A stretch of DNA of 64,000 bases from Flavobacteriales bacterium. GTDB taxonomy: Bacteria > Bacteroidota > Bacteroidia > Flavobacteriales_D > Sanyastnellaceae. Under the pieces are notes generated by a model. That model made no database searches, was not told where the DNA came from, and was given only the letters and a program-made list of their open reading frames with translations. The stretch spans positions 25 to 64,024 of the forward strand of contig PKDW01000164.1 of the NCBI GenBank assembly GCA_002863145.1. Reading direction: 5' to 3'. How positions within the stretch are numbered: the first letter of the stretch is position 1; the number at the start of each line of letters is the position of its first letter. Below, piece after piece: positions 5,461 through 14,145 of the stretch. Both the position numbers and the translations under genes were made by a program.

Positions 5461-8298
5461 TTACATGCACGATGTTCCAAACATGGCAAGCAATCCAAGC
5501 AAATCAGAAACGTTAATCACACCATTGCCGTCCAAGTCTCCCGGACAAGCTTCCTCGCAACAATCCACAATCACGTCGTGGCAATGCTCAGAAAGACAAG
5601 TGGTCCCGTCTGGGGTTACTCCTTCGATGGTTCGACAAATGTTGTACGTGCCCGGTTCAAGGTCGAATGTCGCATTGTAGCTCGTTGCTGAGAGAATGCC
5701 GTCCACACTCCACGTTGGGTTTTGATGGCCGGCCATGCCCGGACCCAAAAACTCGATTCCTTCGAACTGGACTTGGCACTCACCGTCGTTCGCGGTTTGA
5801 CCAACCGCCCAGAAGGCATTCCCAACTGAACATTCTACGGGACATCCGCACGACAAGGATTCACAAAGGACGATGCGTTCATCGGGATTGTCACAACAAT
5901 AGACTTCCATGCATATTTCATGAACTCCGGCTGTTTCGAAGCAGTGGTCATAGCATGCTGCAAAAGGCACGCCCAACAAGGAAGTCCCATCCGAAAAGAA
6001 GAAGTCTGCGCACAAATCAAATGGGTCCAGAAGACCCTCGTTCAAATCGGCATCGTAGAGTCCACAAACTCCTATGGCACAGCCTTCGCAATCAAACACG
6101 CCGTCATCAAAAATGGTCAGGTCCAAGGATATGGAAGCCAAATCTGGCAAATTGCACGAACCGCAATCCACAGTAACCTCCGTACACAACACAAGCAAGG
6201 GAGCCTCATCCTCGTCATCGCAGCACGTGATTGTGAGGCACGCGACGTACGTTCCACTTTCTTCATAGCAATGAATGGGACAAGTACCAGCCGTTCCAGA
6301 CATCGTGGTGCCATCGCCAAAGTCCCATGAATAACAGTACACATCTGGGTCAAGTACTGGGCAGTCGAAACCAACTTCGCACCCCTCCAAACAGTCGCCA
6401 AAGCCTGAAGTCACAAAGGCCTCGATGGAATAGTCTCCTTCCAGTGGCGGACATGGTTCAGGTGTCCCACAATTGATCAGAAGTGTGTCACAATAGGTGG
6501 ATTGTACCGTTGCATCGTCGCAACAACTCACGGTGAGACAAACCGCGGGGAAGCCAGGAGGAGTCCCGGCAAGCGAAGTGTAGCAATACGTCAATGGCTC
6601 AGACAGGGGTCCACTCATTGACATCGTTGTTCCGTCACCAAAATCCCACTCCAAGCAGTGAATGGTCGGATCGTAAAGAGGTGAAATGAAATCGTCAAAG
6701 ATGATCTCGCAACCAGACGGACATGTCAATCCTGGACCGTAGCTCCAAGTGAAAGATGGAGAAAAGACTTCCTCGCAAACTGTTGGCCCAGACTCACAGG
6801 CTTCGGTGACAAAGTCAGAGGCAATTGCCGTCATTGCAAAATTGCCATCGTCCAACGTGACTGAAATGGTCGATATCCCGTCTTCTACCTCCCAAACCCC
6901 GGCATCAAAGTTGGTTGGAATGTCCTCCCAGTCACACAAGGTCTCGGCCAAAGGATCCCGAGCTACAGCGGTTTCAACTCCATTTGTCGAAAACCCTGTT
7001 GCACCGACTCCTCGATAACCATGCAGGAAGATCCCTTCGGGTGCACGAACAGCCATCGTTGGCTGTCTGAATTGTGCTTGTTGCCCATTGAACAACGAGA
7101 GGGCATCCACTGATGCACTGATCAATCCGTTGTTTTGAGGAATGAGATATCTCGTGCTCTGAGTGGCTGTTCCGGTGTTCATTTTGAATTCCGTGAGGAA
7201 GGGAACCGAACCATACGAGCCACTCCAACCGTGACTCAGCTGAAATCCTCCAACAGTGAGAAGGTTTGGATCGGCAGGGTCGATAAGCAAACTCAAACCT
7301 TGCCAATTCAAGTCGGCATATTGGGAATTCCACGTTTGAGCGAGATCGAGGTTTCCCAGCAAGTCCCATGTCGTAACGCCCCAAGTGTGTGTAATGCTGT
7401 TGTTGACCAACTGGTGAATTTGGCCTGCGCTCGTATTCAAAACGACGTCTCCTGAGAGAGATGAATGTGCGCCGCCAGCTTGATTGGAATACCTGAAGCC
7501 CCAAGAGAGATTTCCTGCACCATCCAACATCACAGCAGCAGCCTCTTGCGGAGAATCTGAACCATTGAATGACCCAGAGAAAAAGAATTTGGTCCCATCG
7601 AGGATCTCCGTTCCATGATTGAATGCATCCATATCTTCAGAAGCCCATGGGATCCCGCCATTGAATGCCCTCACCCAGTCCACCGACAAATCAGGTTTTA
7701 ACCGCATCGCCAGCGCATGTCTCTTCCCTGTAGCACCTGTCTGGAGAAGATCTCCGTCCCCCACGATGCCGCTGACGACAAACCCTTGTTGGCCGTCGGT
7801 CGTGATATGCATCGCAACGCCGTGGGCAGTGTATGAGTTGTTTTGGCCGTCGAAATAAACACCAGGGTACACCCGAGATTCAAAGACATCCAATGAGGGG
7901 CTCAACACCGCCACCACTGGAACTGTGGTCACTCCGTTGTTGGTGAATCCACATGCGATGTACCCGTTGAACGCCGGTTCAATGTGCAAGAATTCGACCA
8001 CCGAGCCAGAACTCGAGACGTATTCTCGCGCATTGACGAGTTGGCCAAAGTTGTCCAACTCAAACGCCTCACACTTTGGATCGTTTACATCGTGCTCTTC
8101 CCGACCGAGCAAAATGGTGTGATATGGATTGTTCAAACATTCCGATTGCGTGACTCGGTTGAAACTCCACTGGTTGTCAAAGTGATTTGTTTGATAGTTC
8201 TGTGAAGTCATTTGAACGTGAAACAGGGCAAAAAATATGCTCGATGCAATCACTGGAGGGAGGTGAAATTTGATCATGGTGCTGTAACTATTTTCCAT
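5461..8298 (-). CDS. Large secreted protein: N-terminal beta-propeller-like region, four Cys-rich PKD-like modules and a C-terminal dockerin/EF-hand-like repeat
   Basis: 945-aa ORF. The likely start is M8 (8277), giving MIKFHLPPVIASSIFFALF. The module C..GCE..FD..DP..C..WDFGDGTTMS..CY..G..CLT..CCDD recurs. The protein ends CPGDLDGNGVINVSDLLGLLAMFGTSCM, which fits a dockerin type-I-like Ca loop. No T9SS CTD. Confidence 0.8.
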   Translation of the reverse strand: MENSYSTMIKFHLPPVIASSIFFALFHVQMTSQNYQTNHFDNQWSFNRVTQSECLNNPYHTILLGREEHDVNDPKCEAFELDNFGQLVNAREYVSSSGSVVEFLHIEPAFNGYIACGFTNNGVTTVPVVAVLSPSLDVFESRVYPGVYFDGQNNSYTAHGVAMHITTDGQQGFVVSGIVGDGDLLQTGATGKRHALAMRLKPDLSVDWVRAFNGGIPWASEDMDAFNHGTEILDGTKFFFSGSFNGSDSPQEAAAVMLDGAGNLSWGFRYSNQAGGAHSSLSGDVVLNTSAGQIHQLVNNSITHTWGVTTWDLLGNLDLAQTWNSQYADLNWQGLSLLIDPADPNLLTVGGFQLSHGWSGSYGSVPFLTEFKMNTGTATQSTRYLIPQNNGLISASVDALSLFNGQQAQFRQPTMAVRAPEGIFLHGYRGVGATGFSTNGVETAVARDPLAETLCDWEDIPTNFDAGVWEVEDGISTISVTLDDGNFAMTAIASDFVTEACESGPTVCEEVFSPSFTWSYGPGLTCPSGCEIIFDDFISPLYDPTIHCLEWDFGDGTTMSMSGPLSEPLTYCYTSLAGTPPGFPAVCLTVSCCDDATVQSTYCDTLLINCGTPEPCPPLEGDYSIEAFVTSGFGDCLEGCEVGFDCPVLDPDVYCYSWDFGDGTTMSGTAGTCPIHCYEESGTYVACLTITCCDDEDEAPLLVLCTEVTVDCGSCNLPDLASISLDLTIFDDGVFDCEGCAIGVCGLYDADLNEGLLDPFDLCADFFFSDGTSLLGVPFAACYDHCFETAGVHEICMEVYCCDNPDERIVLCESLSCGCPVECSVGNAFWAVGQTANDGECQVQFEGIEFLGPGMAGHQNPTWSVDGILSATSYNATFDLEPGTYNICRTIEGVTPDGTTCLSEHCHDVIVDCCEEACPGDLDGNGVINVSDLLGLLAMFGTSCM

Positions 8299-8631
8299 AA
8301 GGTTGAGATTACTTTGCTGAAATCCAAGGTTTTATATGATAATCACTCCGTCTACATGATTATGTTTAGTAATCTGCCTGCCTCGGCGACCTCATGAAGC
8401 CAATCGTTGTTGTGCTCGTCGCCGGACAATCAGACGGCAAGAGTCGGCACATGCGAGAGTTGGGCAAACACGTTCGAACCACTTCACAATGGAGCTTGCC
8501 CAATGAAATTTGATTTGAGGGGATTCGGCCGTGCGTGAAGGAGGTGAAAGTGGACAACCCCTTTTACCGCTACGACGGGACGTGGAAAGGGTAGCCGCGG
8601 ACAGAGTTTGAGACGAGACGCGTTGTGCGTT

Positions 8632-8649
8632 TTTGGGTGTTCACCCAAA
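8632..8649. promoter_or_regulatory. Perfect 18-bp palindrome, candidate operator O1 for the TetR-family regulator encoded downstream of alkB
   Basis: TTTGGGTG-TT-CACCCAAA, 51 nt upstream of the alkB ATG (8700). Confidence 0.5.
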
Positions 8650-8665
8650 TGGCTGTACTTTGCGG

Positions 8666-8683
8666 TTTGGGTGTTTACCCAAG
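8666..8683. promoter_or_regulatory. Near-identical second palindrome, candidate operator O2
   Basis: TTTGGGTG-TT-TACCCAAG. The right half-arm matches O1 in 6 of 8 positions. It is centred 34 bp from O1 and 17 nt upstream of the alkB ATG. Confidence 0.45.
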
Positions 8684-8699
8684 TTCAAGACCACAGCCC

Positions 8700-9755
8700 A
8701 TGAAAGACCTGAAATATCTTCTCGCATACACCGTGCCTTTGTCGGCATATGTGTCCTTCGAATCGACCGGAGTTTGGACTTATTCCGCGGTCTTTTATGC
8801 GTTCATCGTCCTCCCCATTCTCGACGTGCTCGCCGGCGAAAGCGTCACAAACCTCGACCGTGAAACGGCGGAGGAAAAGAACCGCATGTGGATGTTCGAT
8901 CTGATGCTGTACGCCAACGTGCCCCTTGTCTTCGGGCTGATGGCCTTCTTCTTTGTCCAACTGCAAAGCCACACCTACGCAACGTTTGAATTGGTGGGTT
9001 TGCTCCTTTCGGCCGGCATTTTGCTTGCGACCAACGCAATCAACGTCGCCCACGAATTGGGACACCGCGCCTCTTTGCCGGAGCGGCTGATGAGCAAACT
9101 GCTGTACATGCCCTGCCTGTACATGCACTTCTTCATCGAGCACAACTTTGGCCACCACATGAACGTGGCCACGCCGGAAGATGGTGCCACGGCCCGCTTC
9201 AACCAGACGGTGTATGGCTTTTGGTGGACTTCGGTGACGAAGCAATACTTCAATGCGTGGCGCCTGCAAGCCCAATTGCTCAAGCGCCAGCAGTTGTCGT
9301 TCCTGTCCCCCAAGAACGACATGCTCTGGTACCACCTCATTCAGCCTGCTTACTTGGGGACCGTGTGGTTCCTGTTCTCCTGGGACATCATGTTGTGTGC
9401 CCTTGGCGCAGGGGTCATCTCCTTCCTTTTTCTCGAGAGCATCAACTACATCGAACACTATGGTTTGTTGCGCCAAAAACTCGACTCCGGCCGCTACGAG
9501 CGCGTGCAACCCCAACACTCATGGAATTCCAACTCCCACATTGGCCGAATCGTGTTGTACGAATTGACCCGCCACAGCGATCACCACTATAAGTCTGCGA
9601 AGAAGTACCAGGTGTTGAACAGCCACGAAGAAAGCCCAACGCTGCCGTTGGGGTACCCGGCGTCCATTTTGTTGAGCTTGGTCCCGCCGCTTTGGTTTGT
9701 CGTGATGAATCCACGCGTGCCTGCCCAAATGAAACCCCAACTGGCCCATGACTGA
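8700..9755 (+). CDS. alkB: Alkane 1-monooxygenase (AlkB; membrane fatty-acid-desaturase-type di-iron hydroxylase)
   Basis: Histidine boxes HELGHR, EHNFGHH, NYIEHYGL and LTRHSDHH. The start MKDLKYLLAYTVPL at 8700 is preferred over the track start at 8625, which would run through the two palindromes. Confidence 0.9.
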   Translation: MKDLKYLLAYTVPLSAYVSFESTGVWTYSAVFYAFIVLPILDVLAGESVTNLDRETAEEKNRMWMFDLMLYANVPLVFGLMAFFFVQLQSHTYATFELVGLLLSAGILLATNAINVAHELGHRASLPERLMSKLLYMPCLYMHFFIEHNFGHHMNVATPEDGATARFNQTVYGFWWTSVTKQYFNAWRLQAQLLKRQQLSFLSPKNDMLWYHLIQPAYLGTVWFLFSWDIMLCALGAGVISFLFLESINYIEHYGLLRQKLDSGRYERVQPQHSWNSNSHIGRIVLYELTRHSDHHYKSAKKYQVLNSHEESPTLPLGYPASILLSLVPPLWFVVMNPRVPAQMKPQLAHD

Positions 9756-10416
9756 CGCCACAAGCGGGCTGTTGACCCCAGGAACGCTGGACTTGTTTTC
9801 GCAAAAAACGCGGGACAAGATTCTGGCCGCGAGCCTCGTGCTGTTCAACCAGCGGGGGTTTGGCGCCGTCACCACCGCGGGCATTGCGGAACAGGCCGGC
9901 ATTTTGGAAGGCACCTTGTGGTACCACTTCCGGGCCAAAAAAGACATCTTGTCGGCCCACATCGTCTTGTTGCAAACCGTGTTTGCGAAGGAAAACACCC
10001 AGGCCGATTCTGGCGATCCTGAGACCATCGTGAACGGCATCTTCCGGTCGTACGATGTGATTTGGGACTTCCGGTATTTGCTGCGGGACGACTTCAACAC
10101 GCTTCTGAATCCGGAGGACGAGGTTCTCGTCACCGTCCAAGGCGTCAACGACTTTCTCGACCAATGGACAGAGGGCCGCATGCTCCACGCGGCCGACCAC
10201 GGTCTGTTGTCGTTCGGAAAGGACGATTCAGGAGCCGTCGCCGAGATCATTCTCGTGCTGGGCCGTTACTGGATGGATTTCTCCCACAAGAAATACCCTG
10301 CGGCCGAGGGTGTCGCACTTCGTCACAAGGGGCTCAGCCACATTTTCACGGTGCTCCGCCCCTACTTGTCGACCCCAGCCGCCGAGCTCATTGAGCAGCG
10401 ACTTCGCCGCGGTTGA
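9748..10416 (+). CDS. TetR/AcrR family transcriptional regulator
   Basis: N-terminal HTH KILAASLVLFNQRGFGAVTTAGIAEQAGILEGTLWYHFRAKKDIL. The start overlaps the alkB stop by 8 nt. Confidence 0.85.
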   Translation: MTDATSGLLTPGTLDLFSQKTRDKILAASLVLFNQRGFGAVTTAGIAEQAGILEGTLWYHFRAKKDILSAHIVLLQTVFAKENTQADSGDPETIVNGIFRSYDVIWDFRYLLRDDFNTLLNPEDEVLVTVQGVNDFLDQWTEGRMLHAADHGLLSFGKDDSGAVAEIILVLGRYWMDFSHKKYPAAEGVALRHKGLSHIFTVLRPYLSTPAAELIEQRLRRG

Positions 10417-10453
10417 AGGAGGACCTAGAGACCCGCTACCATAGCTTCTTGCC

Positions 10454-10813
10454 ATGCTTCCGATCGACCTCGCCTCAAAATTTCACCTGATTGACGACCA
10501 CTGGCACCCTCGGGTCGTGGCCTCCTTGAACGGTCAGGACGTCAAAATCGCAAAGGTGCTAGGGGATTTTGTGTGGCACGCCCACGACAACGAAGACGAA
10601 CTTTTTTACGTCTTCAAAGGGGAATTGACCATGCACTTCCGCGACCGAACGGAATGCGTGCGGCAAGGAGACATGATTGTGGTGCCCCGAGGAGTGGAAC
10701 ACAAACCTTGTGCAGAGAAAGAGGCTTGGATCGTGTTGTTCGAACCTCAGGCCATCGACCACACTGGAGGGGTGGATTCTCCCCATCGGAGAACCACCCT
10801 CCAGCGAATCTGA
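10454..10813 (+). CDS. Cupin domain protein
   Basis: 119 aa with cupin motifs HAHDNEDELFYVFKGELTMHF and VPRGVEHKP. Confidence 0.75.
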   Translation: MLPIDLASKFHLIDDHWHPRVVASLNGQDVKIAKVLGDFVWHAHDNEDELFYVFKGELTMHFRDRTECVRQGDMIVVPRGVEHKPCAEKEAWIVLFEPQAIDHTGGVDSPHRRTTLQRI

Positions 10814-10837
10814 CATTCAATACTTCGTGCTGTCAAC

Positions 10838-12172
10838 TTAGCGAACCACCTGAAGCTGTGTGGTTGCAGAAGAAGTTTCTGTTCGCATTTTGACAACGTA
10901 AGTTCCTTGGGGCAAGTTGAGGTTCACCATTTCGTTGCGGACAACTTGGGTCAACCCTGCCACTTGCCGGCCGGTCAGGTCAAACACCGCCACATCGGCA
11001 ACAGACTCAATCCCTGGCCAAGAAAGCGACACGCTTCCACCCACAGATGGATTTGGAAATGCGGTCAATGAAACGGGCTCCAACTCGTCAATGCCATTGA
11101 CATTGCCTGGGAAGGCCTGCAAACAAAACGCACCGTTTGCAGTCCAAGTAATGCCGTTGTTTTCCCAAAGGAATCCGTCAAACCGCAAGAAGTACTCCAC
11201 GCCGTCTTCTGAATCGAATCCAATCTCAGCCCACCACTGATTGTCGCTTGTGCTGAAATCTTCGGCACAAGCGACAGGAACGAGCTCACCACAAACGCCT
11301 TTGTAGAGCGCCATTTGAGAATCCCACCCAAACCACCATACAATGTTGTCGACATCGCAAAAGGTGTGACTGATGGTGTAGGATTCTCCGTCACCCGTGA
11401 ACTTGAACCACACAGAGGCATCTTCAGTGGGTCCATCTTCCCAACACTCTATGCCCAATGTTTCTGCGTCATCGTTGGGCGAAATTCCGCTTCCTCCCGC
11501 GGTCCCGTCAAAAGGGCCCACCGTCGACAATGCACCCCCATTGGCCTCGAAAATTTCATCAATGCCCAAGGCACCAGAGCACGCATTGTGTTCACCCATG
11601 TTGGTGGTCTCCGTCACTGAGATGCAAAAGGTCCCCTGGGACACCCCTTGAAAAGTGTCTCCATCATTCCAGTTGTATCCATCGACCATCAGATGGTATT
11701 GAACACCCTCCTCAAGACGCGCATCAATCCAAGAATAATACCAACCGTCATTGGCACTCCAAAATGGCATCAAATCGTCGTTTGCCAACACCAATTCAAG
11801 TGCATCACAAGAACCTTTGTAGAGCGCCATCTGTGTGTCGTTGCTGTAAAAGGCGGCACCTGCGCAGTTGGTGGTCACAATTTGATACGTTCCTCCATCT
11901 CCTTGCATGGTGAACCATACAGATTGATCTACACTGACGGCATTTCCAGCGGAGTCTTGGTCAAACCAAAAACCTTGCAATGCATCCGCCAAATCAGGTT
12001 CACCTGTGGCATCAATGTTCGTGTACGTATCGGAGGTTTGTTGAACTCCAATGCCATTGCCCAACAAGTCTGACAAATCGATGGCACCCGAGCACAAGTC
12101 ATTTGCTGGCGCCTGTGCTGTTGCCATGTGAGCCAACAACAGGGCCGAGATAAAAGTGAAGAATCGCTTCAT
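10838..12172 (-). CDS. T9SS-secreted protein with two tandem copies of a Cys-containing domain
   Basis: The true start is MKRFFTFISALLLAHMATAQA at 12172; the track start at 12472 is a false extension. Duplicated pattern: NDLCSGAIDL...ALYKGSCDALELVLANDD and HNACSGALGI...ALYKGVCGELVPVACAEDF. CTD: LTAFPNPSVGG...GTYVVKMRTETSSATTQLQVVR. Confidence 0.8.
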   Translation of the reverse strand: MKRFFTFISALLLAHMATAQAPANDLCSGAIDLSDLLGNGIGVQQTSDTYTNIDATGEPDLADALQGFWFDQDSAGNAVSVDQSVWFTMQGDGGTYQIVTTNCAGAAFYSNDTQMALYKGSCDALELVLANDDLMPFWSANDGWYYSWIDARLEEGVQYHLMVDGYNWNDGDTFQGVSQGTFCISVTETTNMGEHNACSGALGIDEIFEANGGALSTVGPFDGTAGGSGISPNDDAETLGIECWEDGPTEDASVWFKFTGDGESYTISHTFCDVDNIVWWFGWDSQMALYKGVCGELVPVACAEDFSTSDNQWWAEIGFDSEDGVEYFLRFDGFLWENNGITWTANGAFCLQAFPGNVNGIDELEPVSLTAFPNPSVGGSVSLSWPGIESVADVAVFDLTGRQVAGLTQVVRNEMVNLNLPQGTYVVKMRTETSSATTQLQVVR

Positions 12173-12201
12173 GTGAAAATGTTTCGAATGAATGCTTGAT
12201 T

Positions 12202-12657
12202 TCAGTCGTTGGTCCCCACGGGGATTTTGTTGCTGGCCATCAAGTAGATGCCGATGAAGGGCAGCACCGCCAACACGCCATGAAAGACACCAATCATGGT
12301 TCGCAATCCTTCCGTGAATTCTGGAGGTGTCGGCATGACCCTGGTCAGCACAACACCAAAGATGTTGATGGCCGCCAAGCTCAAGAATGTTTTGATTCCG
12401 AAAGACTTGAAAACCTTGGAACCATCGTAATTCAATTTGTTGGGAAAGGCCAAAATGGCTTGGAGAATCCACACCACGGCCACAGCAAGACGCTCCATGG
12501 AGCCTGTGGCCATGTATTCGCCCAACTCATTGGGAACCACGATCAAGGCATACAACAAGTATCCGAGAAGAAAGAAAAAACGTTGACGGCGGATGACGCC
12601 GTAAAGGGCCACGAGCACAGGTATGCCCGCGATTATCGCGAGGATGTTCATGATCAC
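12202..12657 (-). CDS. Small polytopic membrane protein (151 aa), paralogue of 4730-5170
   Basis: About four hydrophobic helices. Shares sequence blocks with 4730-5170. Lies 29 nt upstream of the T9SS cargo gene at 10838-12172. Confidence 0.7.
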   Translation of the reverse strand: MIMNILAIIAGIPVLVALYGVIRRQRFFFLLGYLLYALIVVPNELGEYMATGSMERLAVAVVWILQAILAFPNKLNYDGSKVFKSFGIKTFLSLAAINIFGVVLTRVMPTPPEFTEGLRTMIGVFHGVLAVLPFIGIYLMASNKIPVGTND

Positions 12658-12788
12658 AAGATTTTAAGGTGTTGCCCGAAAGCTATGACCCCCGTGGGAT
12701 TGTGGCTAAATCGAGCTTGCAGAAGTTCTCCAAGTCTCTTTGTGCATGACTGTGAAAAACAAATTGATTCCCAACAGGTTATAGGAGC

Positions 12789-13700
12789 ATGCTGCAAAAC
12801 TTGCTCTTCAACCTCGCCCAGCGCTCCCTCAATCCTGCAGTCCGTCGGCGGGTTGAAGGGACCTTGGTCACCACAGCGCTCGTGCTGTTTGTACTGCACC
12901 TTGCCCTCTACGGGTTGCACGCGATGTGGGGGCTTGGCCTGCCTGACTCCCTCTTTGCGCACCCCCTTCAAACGCTCTATACCCCCTTCTCTGTCATCTT
13001 GATTGCGGAGGTCTACCTGCTGGTGTACTACCTGCCCACCTCATTCGCGCGATCCCTCGGAAAACAGGTGGAGATTGTGGCGCTGATTGAAATTCGGTCC
13101 GTCTTCAAAGACCTCGACGCCACCTCTTCGTGGCCTTGGGAAGCCACCTTCTTTCCCCACATGTTGTCAGCCCTCGTGCTGGGCGGAATGCTCGTGCTCT
13201 TCTACCACCTTCTTCCGCGACGCAAAGCGCGGATTGAAGAGTCGGAATTGAAGCAATTTGTACGCTTCAAAACCGCCCTCGCCGGCTTGCTTGCTGTGGC
13301 GTTTGTGGTTCTCAGTGTCTACAGCTTGGGCTCTTGGTTGTGGGAAATCGTCACCACACCAGACCACCTTCACTCTGACCTGAACCACATCTTCTACAAC
13401 GAATTCTTCACCGCCTTGATCTTGGTCGATGTCTTGCTGCTTGTGGTGTCGTTCCGGTATCTCGACGACTTTGGCATGGTCATGCGCAATTCAGGCTTCA
13501 TCGTGGCCACGATTCTATTGCGTCGTGCCCTCGGCATAGAACCTTGGCACGCCTTGGCCTACGAAATCACCGCAGCCGCACTTGCCGTCGGCATGCTCCT
13601 CCTTGAACGCGGCTTGAACGCCCGCGAGTCCGGCCTGCTGGTGCAGGAATCCAACTTGGACGTGCCGCCCAATCACGCACAGAACGAACCCAATGCGTGA
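12789..13700 (+). CDS. Hypothetical polytopic membrane protein (303 aa)
   Basis: Six or more hydrophobic segments and coherent codon usage. No family recognised. Confidence 0.55.
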   Translation: MLQNLLFNLAQRSLNPAVRRRVEGTLVTTALVLFVLHLALYGLHAMWGLGLPDSLFAHPLQTLYTPFSVILIAEVYLLVYYLPTSFARSLGKQVEIVALIEIRSVFKDLDATSSWPWEATFFPHMLSALVLGGMLVLFYHLLPRRKARIEESELKQFVRFKTALAGLLAVAFVVLSVYSLGSWLWEIVTTPDHLHSDLNHIFYNEFFTALILVDVLLLVVSFRYLDDFGMVMRNSGFIVATILLRRALGIEPWHALAYEITAAALAVGMLLLERGLNARESGLLVQESNLDVPPNHAQNEPNA

Positions 13701-13719
13701 ATTCGTGGCCCGACGGAAA

Positions 13720-13971
13720 GGCATCGCGTGACATGGTGTGCACCACTTGACAGCCCTCTTCCGGGTTGCGGGTCAGTGTGACGGTGGTCTCAAGGGGCTG
13801 CACAAGGGCTCCAGCACGAGGAAAACCTTGCCATGGATGTCGTCGACACGGTTGGGATGTCTGTCGCGCACGACGAGACCACCCAATCCCCGGGGCAATG
13901 TCGAGGTCCAAAATCAAATTCCACGCGCCTTTGGCAGCAGGTTCCAAGGCAACGTCGAACCGAAAAGGCAT
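13720..13971 (-). pseudogene. Possible gene remnant with compensating frameshifts (identity unknown)
   Basis: The frame of ORF 13567-13971 gives protein-like MPFRFDVALEPAAKGAWNLILDLDIAPG and ETTVTLTRNPEEGCQVVHTM, separated by an Arg-rich stretch. A second frame reads LGGLVVRDRHPNRVDDIHGKVFLVLEPL across that stretch. Very tentative. Confidence 0.2.
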
Positions 13972-14145
13972 CGCCTCCTCGTGGGAAGTGTCCCGGCTCC
14001 CCTGTTGTCATCAAATACACGAAAAAAGGAATGAAATACAATTATTGAGGCATGAGTTGCGTATTCTCAAAAAAGCGCCTTTTCCGGCGAAGCGTTGCGG
14101 CAAGACTCTGCTGAACATCCCATCCAACATGTTGGTTGTCAAGGC

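Noticed and set aside
8299-8631. AT-richer divergent intergenic region with ORF 8366-8557 (-) and near-matches to the TAnnTTTG -7 box (for example TACTTTG at 8313-8319 and 8656-8662)
   Set aside because: The 63-aa ORF has no start context or protein-like composition. The -7 box matches are one nucleotide short of consensus, so I did not annotate promoters here.
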